A DNA stretch of 64,000 nucleotides from assembly GCF_009914755.1 (NCBI RefSeq), contig NC_060928.1; one strand, 5' to 3'. The position numbers were made by a program, and so were the translations under genes. This document shows positions 27,250 to 40,679 of the stretch, one piece after another. The notes under the pieces are model-generated. The model did not search any database and was not told the origin of the DNA. It was given only the letters and a program-made list of their open reading frames with translations. This DNA comes from the human T2T-CHM13v2.0 reference genome, Homo sapiens. Every line of letters starts with the position of its first letter. The first letter of the stretch is position 1.

Positions 27250-28230
27250 CCATTATCCTGGTCCAAAGGAGCATATGTTTGTAAGATAACCCTTCTCACA
27301 CAAACTTGCCAGGCAGAAAGCATCCCACAAATAAGGAAGCAAAGGTCATATTCCATGAAGCTCAATTCATAAGTGCCCAAGGAAAATAATGAATTAGGAA
27401 GAACTTTCCAGATGGTGGGACCAGCAGCATGAAGGGCTATGAAAAAGGAAGTTTTGCTCAGATTACAAAAACAAGGAACTTACTTACTGCCAAGTGCTTG
27501 GTCCTCAAAGTCCCTGTCCTGGAAGACAACATCATTGTTATATTTCTCTTTATTCCATATTCTTAAATGGAGTTATCTTTCTTTTCTCCATCTTGGTATA
27601 GTGACGTGTATGTGAAAGGTGAGGCAATAGCCAGTATTTTAGTAGCTAGACTGCAATCTATGAGCCTTAACCAGACTTAATGGATAACCTAGGGATTAGG
27701 TGATATAGAAATTTGATGAGACTTTGAGTTGTCTCTTTTTGAGATGGATGAGTTCCTTCTAAGGGTGAGAATAAGAATGTGCATAGATACTTTGTTGGTT
27801 AATGAGGAAGACTGCAGTAGCGATTGCAAATCATCTACCAAAATGTGTGATACCCCTCTGCCTTCCATAATATAGACTTCATGCTGGGGCACTGTTGTGC
27901 ATTCAGGGAACGAATTCTCAACTCCTTTTGTGACACTGAGTAGATAGCAGAGTCACATCCATGCTGAAGCAGTTAAAAATTCATGTTTGCTGATCCCATT
28001 GTCTCATTTGCCTTCCCCTTGATGAAGAGGAAACCAAGACACTAGGAGATAATGGGGCCATAAGAAGGAGAGTGCCTGTGTTCCTGAACTGATGTACATT
28101 TATATACGAAAAATACCAAGAAATGAAGAAATCAGTACTGAACTGTTGTATAAGAAAGAAAAAAAGAGTCATCTATTATGTTAATCCATTGAAAGTTTTG
28201 AAAGTTATTATAGAAGCTGGCTTATAACTA
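27250..28230 (+). mobile_element. old MLT1 internal fragment plus LTR (approximate)
   Basis: gagactttgagttg...gagatggatgag resembles the MLT1-int end, followed by LTR-like sequence. Confidence 0.45.
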
Positions 28231-28369
28231 TAAAATGCAGTAAAAAACACAATTACCAAGATGAATAATGAAGAGCTCTGGTATCACTCTCCTTCAGTGG
28301 TAATGCTTCTAAAGCCTCTACTTAGTGTATAGCAACTTCCAAAAATTCAACAACCACCAATATTTTTGA

Positions 28370-30630
28370 TCAGCTTTCAGCTTACATATCTCTCCTTGGT
28401 GCCAGAACAATACATTCCAATTGCTACTGAATATTTCCTCTTAGATGATCCATAAATTCAACTGTTGAAAATGGAAGAAATTAAATTCAGCACTCTTTTG
28501 TCACTCTTTCTTGCTTGTCTATCTCTCTTTCTCGCTATCTTTATCTCTATCTCTCTTCTTCTTAAGTTTTTAAAAAATCTTTTAAAATGGCTTCAACATC
28601 TATTTTGATCCTTAAGTTAGAATTCTGGGAAGAATTATTGAGTCTTTCTCATTCTATGAATTTGATTGGCTTCCAAATCCTGTCAATTTTACCAGGAAAA
28701 TCTTTCTTCAAAACATCCTCCTATCCATCCTTGCTGCCTTAAAAATAATAGCAGTATTATATCAGTAGCTTACTGACATAATAGTAGTGCTTACTATTTG
28801 TTTAGAGTTGTTTCTAACCATTTTATGTAGAATATCACATTTAACCCAAGTATTAATTTTGTAAAGTAGAGTTCCAAATTACCTTTATTTTATAGAATGT
28901 AATTCATCTGGTTCATGGTACAGCCAAGATCCAATAACCCTAAGCATCCAATACCAGAACTCATATTCTCAATCACAACACTTTAAGTTTCATCAATTCT
29001 CACCTCCATTTCTGCAGTAGCTCTTAACTGTCTTCTTCCCACTGCACTGACACCCTCCAATACATATCACATGCAAATCTAAGTCATTTTACTGTATGTC
29101 ATCAAATCCGGCAATGCCTTCACATTTCTTAATGTACAGAATTTGTCCTCTTTTCAGGGTCCATAAGGTCTGTCACGCTTTGGGCTTTCCTCTCAATTCA
29201 ACCTCATTTCTTGCTTATATTTTCTTTACATTCTCTGCCCAAGTGGCAATTAACTATTTGAGGCACATTCTTTGACAGGAATGCCTTTCCTAATCCCATA
29301 GCATGGTATATTAGTTGGAATAGATTTAACTACTACAAAAAACACATCAAAAAATAATATAATGACTCAGACATGATAGAAGGTTTCTTCTTCTTTTTTG
29401 GGGGGTGTGGGGGTAGGGGGTTATATAATAGTCCAGGGTGGGTGTTGTATCAGGACAGAGAAGTGGATAGATGGGGCTCTTCTCTGCACAGTTATTCAGA
29501 ATTCAAGGCTAATGGTGTCACTGCCATCAGCATATAGGTATTAAGGTTGCTGTTATAGTCACTATTCTGGTGCATGGTAAGTAGAAAGTTGTGGAAGAGT
29601 GTACAGCAGGTCCTCAAATAACATCAATTTTCTCAGCATTGTTTCATTAAAATGAGGCCATAGTAGGTGTGGAGTTTGCAGGGCCTCCCTATGTCTGTGT
29701 AGGTTTTCAACAGGCTCTCCGGTTTCCTCCCACATCCCAAAGATGTGCATGTTAGGTTAATCCTGGTGTCCTGGTGTATACATGGTCCCAGTGTGAGTGT
29801 GAGTGTGTGGGAGTCATCCTGCCATGGGATGGCACCCTGTCCAGGGTCAGGTTCCAGCTTTGCACTCTGTGCTGCAAGAAGAGGCTGCGGCCACTTATGA
29901 CTCTAAACTGGAATAATTGGATAAAAATTACCCTATTTTATTCATCTTTCTTAAATGTATATATAGCTCATGTTTAGTTCAGTAGTCATTAGCAGTTTTG
30001 ATCTTTAGAAGTTTGGTAATATTTTTGTGACCAGAAACATGCCAGAATTATTAAAGTCTTGTTGACATCAATTAGCCTACGGTAGACTTTGTGTCTTTAC
30101 ACATCATTTCATTAAAAGCTGCCATTTCCAAGAAGCTATCTACCATATTAAGTGATGATTTACTGTACTTCCAAATTTCATGGGCCATTCTTGGAAGTGA
30201 CACAAATGACTTTTCTCACTTTTTTTTGGCAGGAACTTAATCACATAATCTTATCACTCTCCAGTCAGCTGGGATTGATAGCCTTTGGCTGGGCAACAAT
30301 ACCCCAGATACAACAACATTGCCATGGAAGAAAAAAATATAGACAATGGTGGAAAGATTTGCCCAACATAGTTAACTCTTATTTGCCCATGAGAACCCAG
30401 ATCACATAGCATCTTCCCTGAAGCACCTTTCCTGCCCCCATCAATTGTGGTGAAACATCCCTTTTATGTGCTGTCATGGACAATTTTCTGTTAACCTACT
30501 CTCTCTAATGAGATAGTTACTTTCTTGCAGAGAAAGGCTGGCTTATTAACCTTAATGTTCTCAACACCTGACACATGGCTTGGCACATAAAATGGTGACT
30601 TTCTAGAATATAAATTCAATTGAATTGAAA
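28370..30630 (+). mobile_element. L2 interrupted by MIR, MLT1 (~29305-30370) and MER6A
   Basis: L2-like sequence on both sides, ending ggcacataaaatgg...aattgaattgaa. Confidence 0.55.
29604..30165 (+). mobile_element. MER6A (TcMar-Tigger) non-autonomous DNA transposon
   Basis: cagcaggtcctcaaataac...ctccggtttcctcccacatcccaaagatgtgc...tttactg, with TA dinucleotides at both ends. Confidence 0.85.
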
Positions 30631-32054
30631 AGAAATAATATGGAGTGGACAAAGATGAGAAACAGAACAGAAAACTATGAGAGACTTGTTTATGAAAGAC
30701 AAGTGCAGGAAAGTCTACATCAAATACTTCAGAGAAACTGATTATGTTTACATCTGAAAAAAAAAACATGAATTAGTTTCAGCTAATGAACAGAGGTGAG
30801 CATGCAAAGGCAGTGAAAAAAAGGTGAGATGAAAGATGAAACTAGATGACCAAAATAATATAGAGACTGTTTTGTCTTGTTTTTAAGATGGAAGTCATGG
30901 CTTTCCCAAAAGACATCATACGATATGGAAAATAAGCAGTTTGCTCTATAATTGTTCCCAAGTGTCTCAACTTGGATTCAATTGTTTTACACTAAGCATA
31001 AATAACTTGTGCCCTCAGGCATTCAAGGTTAATGATGTCCGATTTTTTGTTTTCTCAATTGTCAAAGAAGTATACTTTTAAAAATAGCAGATGTAATTAA
31101 ACGAGCATATTTTATTACTGGAATCAGGGTATTTTGAGTGACTTGCATTTTCAGAAGTGTTCCAAATTCTCAGAAGGTCATGTCCCCAAAAAGCCTTCTT
31201 TATCTTTGCATTCTTAAGCAAATGGTGATTATATTTTCAAAAAAATACATTTTATATCTCTTTATTAGCACAAATGCACAGTAAACCATATGAACAATGT
31301 TTACTTTTTCTCCAATGAAGCCTTTCATCTAATTTGTCTAAAATAAACACATTACACTTTTTCCAGCCTTTTTGTGTCTCAAAAATGAATAACTTCCTCC
31401 ATGGTCTATTTATAGTTTCTGCTTTTCCTCTCACTTTGGCCTCCCATAGATCCCAGAAATATAAAGGTAAATTCTGCTGATGTAAACTCATCAAAAGATT
31501 AGAAGATTTTGAGGGAGTGCAAGAACATCTGGAGCATCTCCCTTCTTAATTATCTCCAGTTATTATTGTATTCAAGAATACAAATTTCCATCACAGTGAA
31601 AAGAGTCTAAAAATATCAGGTACTGGGGAGTAAAGAAGACGGTAGAATAGTCCAACACTGTAGACTTCTTTCTCCAGTGGTCTTTTTACCTGGTTATGCA
31701 CTCTGAACCACTAAGAACCTGTACTGTATATACCCAAGAAATATTTCATTCATCTTGAAATATGACATAACACACTTTATTGGAATTCTCTATAAGCCCA
31801 GCTTATGTCAAATTTGTATCCCATGGCAATCACCTATGAGCAGGAGGATGGGGTCACAGTATATGCATATGGCTGCCTGGTGGGAGAAGAATTCTTAGAA
31901 TAGGGATATCATGAGCTAGAGATGTGTTTCCTATAGAGACAAAGTACTAGTCAGTATTGAAGAATACATATGAGGGTTGCCCATCTGAATCTGTTGGTAA
32001 GAGTAAATTAATTGCCCTCACAGATTTTGCTTTCTTTATAATATGAGATCTCAG

Positions 32055-32158
32055 ATATATCTATATCTATATCTATATCTATATCTATATCTATATCTAT
32101 ATCTATATATCCATATATCTCTATCTATCTATCATCTATCTGTCTATATATATATAGA
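32055..32158. repeat. compound microsatellite (ATATCT)n + (TCTA)n
   Basis: About 8 ATATCT units followed by TCTA-type units. Confidence 0.95.
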
Positions 32159-32162
32159 CTGA

Positions 32163-32465
<303 letters not shown>

Positions 32466-33009
32466 TCTCAGAGACATATTAACTGAGGATGGTAAAAGAA
32501 TAAGACTTGACCAGTAAATTAAGAAGACTCTAATTTCTTACAAAAGTAAAAAACCATGTTTTCTGTCTACTTAAAAAAAAGTTTTCTTATTTGTTTTACC
32601 TTTTTTTCTTTTCCAATATAGTAAATCATACTGGGAATGAATAAGTGTCACTGCAGCAAAGCCCAGTTTCTAATTAGCTGTCTAGATTTTCAGGGAGATG
32701 AATAACATAATCTGATGAATAAGAATTGGAAAGAAGCAAATTAAAGCTATAATGTTTTAATTATGAAAAAAATTTATAAAAGATATGGATTACTTTCTTT
32801 GAAGGATAGTTAACTGCCTTCATATAACAAATCCTCAAAGCAACTGGACTAAGAAATATCAATATTATAATTCTGACTTTATATATGTTAGACCCGTGTT
32901 AAAAATGAATTTACAATTTATTTATAATTATACCTCAACATTTTATTACAATCTTTATTCAAATTAAATGGTCTTTAACAGGCCAATTCAAATAGTTCTC
33001 ATTTTCAGA

Positions 33010-34265
33010 CATGTTAGTTGAGATGTAAATCACATATCATAAAATTAACCCCCATCAATGCACTATTTACAAAGTTGTGCAACCATCCCCACTGTCTAAT
33101 TTTAGAACATTTTCAATCATCTCCAAAGAAACCCATAAGCACTAACAGTGGTTTTTCTTCCATTAGACCCACATCCCTGGACCTAGCTCTGCATAGCCAT
33201 TAATCTACTTTAGGTTTCCATTGACTTCTCTTTTCTGGACATTTTATATAAAGGGAATCATACAGCAAGTGGTCTTTTGTGACTGGTTTCTTTCATTTAG
33301 CAAAATGTTTTAGGATTCATCCAAGTTGTAATATGTGTTAGTATTGTATTCCTTTTTATTGTTGAATAATTTCCATTGCATAAATATACTACATTTTAAT
33401 GCATTCATCAGTTGATGGATATTTGGGAGTTTCTACTTTGTGGGTTAATAAATAAAACCGTTATGAAGATATGTGTACACAGTTTTGTGTGGACATAAGT
33501 TTTCAATTCTCTTGGATTAGATTTGATACTATCTGGCAGTAGAATGACATAATACAGTAACCCTATATATAACTTTTTCAGCACTTGCCAGACTCCTTTT
33601 TCTTAAGCAGCTGCATAATTTTGCATTCCTATCACAGATATATGAGGATTTCAATTTATCCACATTCTCACAAATATTTGTTATTGTTTGCTTTATTTAT
33701 TATAGCTATCCCAGTGTATGAGCAGTGGTATCTTATTGTGGTTTTGATTTGCATTTCCCTGATGACTAATTATGTTGAGCAACATTTTTATGTGCTTATG
33801 TGCCATTTGTATAACTTCTTTGGAAAAATATCTATTCAAATTTTTCACTCACTTTTTAAATTAGATTACTTTCTTATTTATTTGGGAGTTGTGCATGTTC
33901 TGTATGTATTCTGGATACAAGTTTATTATCAGATATATGCTTTGTGAATATTTCTTCCTACTTTGTGGGTTGTCTTTCTTGATGGTGTCCTTGAAGTATA
34001 AAAATATTCAATTTCAGTTAAGCCCTTTTATGTTGTTCATTTTCTTTTGTCACTTGTGCTTTTGGTGTTGTATCTAAGAAACCATTGCCTAAACCAAGGA
34101 CACAAAGATTTACACCTGTATTTTCTTTTAAGATTTTTATAGTTTTTGCTCTGACATTTAAGTCTACGGTCAATTTTGAGTGAATGTTTGTATATGGTGT
34201 GAGGTAGGGGTTCAGTTTTATTCTTTTGAATGTGAATATCTAGTTGTCCCAAGATCATTCATTGA
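33010..34265 (-). mobile_element. L1MB-type 3' fragment
   Basis: ttgagatgtaaatcacatatcataaaatt is the 3' end. ORF 34037-34258 resembles the frameshifted ORF2 C-terminal region. Confidence 0.85.
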
Positions 34266-36279
34266 AGGAATATTGATCTCTTAGTCGAGATATTTGTGGG
34301 AAGAGACTTGGAAAAACCATTGAAAGAGTTAAGATTATAAACAGTATTGTTGGAATTTACAGGAAAAGAAAAGGAATGTCTAGTTAAATACTGTTAGACT
34401 CTTGACAGGCAATCCTCTGGCTAACTAGGTTGCTACTTTACTAGAAAAAGGGCCAGTCCCATTATTTTTTCTCAGAAATTTGTATTTTATGTACTTTATC
34501 ATAAATACTATTTGTTTCCCAGAAGGAGATTATCAGTTTCCTCACCAAAATAGCTTATTTTCCGAACTAAGTTTTTAACTTTTTTAAAACAGGTGCTAGC
34601 AGAAGGGAGATAAGGGTTCCAATCTACCCTCTTGTCCAGCAAAAGTTTTGACAAATTTACATTTCTTCCACAGAAAGATGTATAAATTAATGTATTCATG
34701 TAACATTTACATTTAATCTAGTTTCAAATACTAGGAGAAGACTTATTAAAGTAAATATGAATCTTTTCATAAAAGCAAAAATATTTTTGGTGATTTAAAT
34801 GATCACTGGCAAAGCTTCCAGGCTCCATCTTTCACTTTTTTGGCAGTTCAGGGAGGTTAGAATTTTGTGATGGCTTAAAGAAACATATATCAAGAATCTA
34901 AGATATTTGTTATTGTTTTGCATATTATTCATGCTGTTTTGTGCATTCATGTCTGAATTAGTCAATGTCATGGTCCAATATGCACTCACTGAAACCCAAC
35001 TTCACAAGGCTTTTATAAAGCGAAATATAATATTTAAACAATTCTCCCCCTATGTGTTTCACATCATAGAGGCTGATTTTTAACAAAGAATGGAAATAAT
35101 AGAAATATTCCAAATCAATTTACTAGGTAAAAAGGGAAACAGAGAAGCAATTATGCAATTATCTCCATGCAAAGGCTTTCAGAGTTGTTCTGCCTAGAGG
35201 AGATAATATGCAGTATGGAGGGAAGAGGCAAACAAAAATGGCTTTAGCTCACTTAATTTCAAATGGAATGCAGCTAATGTTCATATTCTGAATAGATATT
35301 AATTTGTCATCCTTTTAGCCACTTGTTTTGTATATCGTATTTCTGGTCATTATTCCCCTTATTTTAGGCATATTATTTTCTCTTAACACAAGAATACAAG
35401 TTTCAAGAGTATTGGGATATTTTAAAGTTATTTTCTATATTGCTATATCCCATAATCTAACATGGCATCTGGCAAATAAGAGATGGTCAATAACAATTTT
35501 TCACTGAATGTTGAATGAGTTTATTCTATTTAGAAATACTGAAAACAGCCATCATGCTACACTTTAGGAAGGGGGAAGGAGAGAAGAAAAGAGAATTTCC
35601 AACAAGTTTATAAATGTTTTGAATATGGAAAATCTATATGATATCCCTTTATATATTCAAAACCTAAAACCTTTCAGTAACAAATATGAAAACACCTAAC
35701 ATAAAATATAATAAATATTGTTAATGTAATTATCACCAGTTAATTCATTCCCAAAGGAAAACTATAACAAAATTTTGAGTTCTTTCGCTTGCATACATTC
35801 CAAAAAATCCAATTCAATGGATAATTTCTTCATATCACTTCTCTCTCACAGGTCTCTAAAAGAGAAGAGAACTATATAGGCAATAGTTGTTTCAGAACAA
35901 GAATGTGCTCATTATTTTATAGTCTGGAAAACCAACTAACCCTTCTCAGAGAAGAAGCCTACTTCAGGAGTCTCATTGCATTTAGGGAATAAAAGTTAGT
36001 TTCATTATGATTATTCTTCATTAAGAAATAAAGCTTGATTCTTTTTTTGCATCAATCCTAGCACAGTTCTTAAAGCACAAGATGATTTAAAATTCTTATT
36101 GACTAAATGAATGGTATGATAGTGAGTAAACTTTGTCATAATACAAGAGGGTAGGAGAATTGAGCAATGCATTCTTCATTACTGTAGATAACCCAAGTGT
36201 CACTTTTAGTTGATTTGAAGATATATATTCTGTATGCTTATTTACTTATGATGAGTCTGCCTAAATATTGAAGAAATTT

Positions 36280-36470
36280 GGCATAGTGGAAAGAATTCTG
36301 ATCCTAAAGTGACAAGTCCTGGGTCTAAAACCTAGGTTCGCTCCTTCATTAGCTGGGTGATTTTGGAAATGTAGTGTCCTCATTTCAACAACAACAACAA
36401 AATAAGAAACCTGCTGTGAAATATATCACAGATTTGTTTTAAAAATCAAAAAAGATAATGGATATAAAAC
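36280..36470 (+). mobile_element. MIR
   Basis: ggcatagtggaaagaattctg...cattagctgggtgattttgg. Confidence 0.6.
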
Positions 36471-37004
36471 AGAGGTATTGACTACTGACGCTTAGCAACT
36501 CACATGAATAAAATGTTGAATAAGATATAGTCCTGCTCTCACACCACTTAGCTAGTAGAGATAATAAGCACATAAACTAGAAAGTTCTGTATAAATGAGT
36601 CTTCAGCAGAATGCTGCAGAGACATGATTCTGGAGGAGCCTTGCAATGGTCTAATTTTTCACTTCAACTCCTTACTCAACAGTTTCTTGCAATCAACTTT
36701 CTGAAGTCTCTTTTTACTCTAAGAATGGACAAGTCTATTTTTGAAAGATGTTTTCTTTCCAATCCTGTCTTCAGTGAGCAATATCAGTTCTAAGGCATGG
36801 CCTATCCCTGAAATCTAAGAGAAATAGAAGATGGAAATATCTACATAGCAAATAAATATTTTTGGTTACTATTCACATTGTAAATGAAAAAAAGATTTAA
36901 CTGAATAATTGAGTTCTGAAAAGCAATAGCTTTTAAATATTCCCCAAATATTTAAGAAATTTTATTAACTCAAATAACTAATTTTTATGATGCTTTCTTT
37001 ATCT

Positions 37005-37180
37005 CTCACCACTAACTGTGTGGCCTTGGGCAAGTTATTTAAATTTTATATATTTCAGTCACTCCAAATGTAACTTGGGAATAATAATAACACATACCTC
37101 ATAAAATAGTTGCAGGGTGCCATTTGAATACTGAGCATGGGAGTATATATTATGCAATCCATACATTTTAGCCTCTATTA
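37005..37180 (+). mobile_element. MIR
   Basis: ccactaactgtgtggccttgggcaagttatttaa is the MIR core. Confidence 0.75.
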
Positions 37181-38642
37181 TTATTCTTTTATTCACAGAG
37201 AATATAAGAGTTCTTCATACGTGACCTTCCTGGTCATATGCTGAGCTCTGAAATTCCAAACCAGTTCAAATAGTCATCTCCCTCTGGCTTCCTTCCATTG
37301 GACTAGCAAAGATGATGCAGTAACTTTACCTTAGTCAGGCAGAGGACCTGAAGGGAAAAGATAGCCCCATTGTGAAACATGGGAGCTGCTTGAGTTTCCA
37401 GGGAAGAATTATTGAGCTAAATAGAAGGAATTGCTCTTCAGTGAGGTTTCTTAGGGTGTGTGAGGTGGGGGAGAAGTGAGAGCTGAGAGAAAATGCAGAG
37501 AGCTATAGAGCTGAGCTAGAAAACATAGGGGCCTCCTTTTTCTTATCATTTTAACCAGAAGAGTAATCAATTTCTCAATAATTCTTCTGGCTTAGGTTTG
37601 GTGTTTTTGTTTGTTTGTTTGTTTGTTTGTTTTTGGCTTCTCCCTGTGGTTGGCTTCCTTCATTGCAAAATGTTTCCCAACATAATAGATTATAGCTCCA
37701 GATTTTCCCCATTCACACTTTTGAAGCAAGAGTGTAGTTTTCCACAACTATTAAATAAAAGTTTGGCGTTTCACTTTGATTGGACCAAGATGGACCAATA
37801 ACTGTAACCAGAGCATAGTCATTAGCTTAGGCTTGGGGTGATGCTCATCCTCAAACCCATGACTGTAGCAGCGTAGATTGGGATTGTGCCTTTTGCTTAT
37901 GTCCATCAGTGTGCACCCATGGAGCTTGAGGTGGAGCTAACTCCCATCCAAATGACTGCCGTACAGGAAAACAGAATTGGATTACCAAAGAACAAATCTG
38001 AGTTTTGCTAAAAAGGGGTAAGGAGGAAGAAATCGTGACAAAGAAGGCAACTAAACAATGATCACTTCAGACCCAATCAAAAAGTCATTTTTAGTGCAGC
38101 TGGTAAATACAATACTATCTCTTTTATTGCAAATATATTTGCATATATTTATTTTTGCTATGTATTCTGTTACTGGCCATGTTCAAAATATCTTCTGTAA
38201 GTCTTGAAATTTCTTCGGTGAGGTTTTAGTTTCCTCATTTTACAGTTCACAGAAAGGTGGCTCAGGGATTTTGAGAGACTTGCTTAATTAGCAAATTATA
38301 GATCCAGCAAATCTAGCAATTTATAGATCCGGAATTGAAGTCCAGTTGTATTTGACTCCAAAGCTTGTGCTTTCTGTCTACCACACTGCACTACCTCCTC
38401 CTGATCTTGCAAAACCAGTGTAACGATGAGAAAATTTCCAGAGTAGAGAATTGCATATTCAAGATCCTTTGCTAGAGGCAGAGATGGAAAACAAATTGTA
38501 GTTTACAATGTAATAAGCACCCATAAAATTAGTAAGAGTATAAATTAATATAAGCTTTTGGAAGGGACTTTCCTAATATGCATCAAATTTTAAGTTACAT
38601 GTAGTTTTGATTTACCAACTTCACTTTTAGAGAACACAGTTT

Positions 38643-39311
38643 TGTGACAGGCCGGTTCTCCTTATCAACTGAATAGGCAAGCCTCCGCAACAACTATTTC
38701 AGCAGTGACTGAGTGGTTAAGTTAAATATTAAAAGCCGAAAGAGCCAGTGTCCTTATACAAAGGCTGGAATGTCACAAAAGCCCACCAAGAGTTTTGCCT
38801 AGGCCTTTACTGGGCCTGGAAGCATGACAAGATTACAAAAGTATTCTTAGCAGGACCCATTTAGGATTCAACAAGTTTTATTGGGGGTCTCAAGGAACTC
38901 CCCAAACCTCCACAAACAAGTTTGTTAGGGGTCTGAAGGAACTCCTAAAATCTCCATAATTTAGCAGGAGACAAGATAAGGGTAATCACCCCTGTCACCT
39001 GGACCCATCTAGATTAAGTAAATTTACTGATACTCCAGAGGAAGGTCTTCAGGACTCAGAGCTTAGTTATAGATTAGAAGAAGTTAATCATTTATGTCTT
39101 TAGATGCATGCATACTTACATGTAGACATATAGCTTAGAAGGTATATAAAGTATGGAAAACTTTGTAATTTTAAGTTGGTCTGGTGATGTTTCCCGGACA
39201 TTCTTGCTGTACTCGGTTATATAAATCAACTATTTTTTTCTCAGTTCATCTGTATCTCATTATTGGATTGTGAGAATAAGCAGCCCGACCCTTGGTTTGG
39301 TCTGAGAAGCA
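38643..39311 (+). mobile_element. ERV1 solo LTR (MER50-like)
   Basis: TG...CA ends. Contains ccagaggaaggtcttcaggactcaga and tagcttagaaggtatataa. Flanks gttt/attt are an imperfect 4-bp TSD. Confidence 0.8.
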
Positions 39312-39534
39312 ATTTAATAATTAAAAGAAATGGGAAAAAGGATATTAATTGCAATGATTTTTAGAGATTCGAAATAACCAAAATATCCCGAAATGAAAAA
39401 AAGACTAGTTATTTTGCATCTATATATTAAAAATCTTAAAAGTTTACATCTATAAGTGCTAACATAGATAGCTGTCTGTGATGTAAATAAAACAAAGTTA
39501 TAGAGTACTAGCTTTATATAACATGACCTGATTT

Positions 39535-39843
39535 TTTCTTTTCTTTTTTTTTTTTTTTTGAGATGGAGTCTCCCACAGTTGCGCTGGCTGGAGTGCAGCA
39601 GTGCAGTGGCTGTGATCTCGGCTCCCAGCAACTTCTGTCTCCTGGGTTCAAGCAATTCTCCTGCCTCCTGAGTAACTGGGATTATAGGTGCCCGCCACCA
39701 TGCCCAGCTAATTTTTTGCATTTTTAGTAGAGGCTGGGTTTTGGCATGTTGGCCAGGCTGGTCACGAACTCCTGACCTCATGATTCATCCACCTCAGTCT
39801 CCCAAAGTGCTGGGATTACACACTTGAGCCACCGCGCCCAGTC
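39535..39843 (-). mobile_element. AluS
   Basis: Poly-T followed by the Alu body. Confidence 0.95.
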
Positions 39844-39879
39844 TCTATTTTTTTTTTCTTTAAGAGAGGAGTATTTCTT

Positions 39880-40380
39880 CATCCAAATACCATGGAGTAT
39901 CTACTATGGGTTAGAGATTATTCTGGGTGGTTGAGAGATATCAGTGAATAAAAAATAGCCCAGCTTTTGTGAATTTATATTCTAGTAGGAGAATTCAAAT
40001 AATAAATAATATAATTGGTAATAATTTTATAAAGTGCATTAGAATAAAATGAGGAAAATAGATACAGCAAAGTAAAAAGATAAGAAATGAAGGCAGCGAT
40101 GAGATAGAAGTCACAATATTAGAGAGTGGTGATGATGGGCCTCATCAGGAAGATGAGATTTGATACCTAAATAGATGAGAAATTCAGACAAGCAGGCATC
40201 TGAAGGAGTGGCATTCCAGGCTGAGTAACAATTTAGAGCAAAATATTAGGGTGGAAGTATAAGTTCTAGAAACAGCAAAGAAGGCCAAGGTAGTTAGCAC
40301 AGCATGAAGAGGTGAGAGTAACAGATGGCAGAGAGGTATGCTCAGTAGATCATGTGAGGCCTTGAAGGAACCTCTACTTA
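39880..40380 (-). mobile_element. L2 fragment
   Basis: ggcctcatcaggaagatgagatttga...gcattccaggctgag...tagatcatgtgaggccttg. Confidence 0.65.
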
Positions 40381-40679
40381 TGGACATATATTATGCTGCC
40401 TCTTTGAATACATGTTCCTATGTATAATGGTGCATATTTAGATTGTGTTAATTCATATATATGTATGAATTCACATAGCTACAAGTATATGTACACATGT
40501 ATTCATATTTATACATATATTTATATTTTTGTCTGTTTATATCAAGTTCCTCAAGTCCAGACAATTAACTCTCTACAGTGTTTACTTGTAGTTGTGAAGG
40601 CAGAAATTACAGAAGAATTTCATTTGTTTTCATATTTCCATATCATATAATTTTTTAAAATAAATAAGTATTGCTTTTT

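Noticed and set aside
38868-38958. ~45-bp tandem duplication in the LTR
   Set aside because: Diverged, and probably part of the MER50-like consensus.
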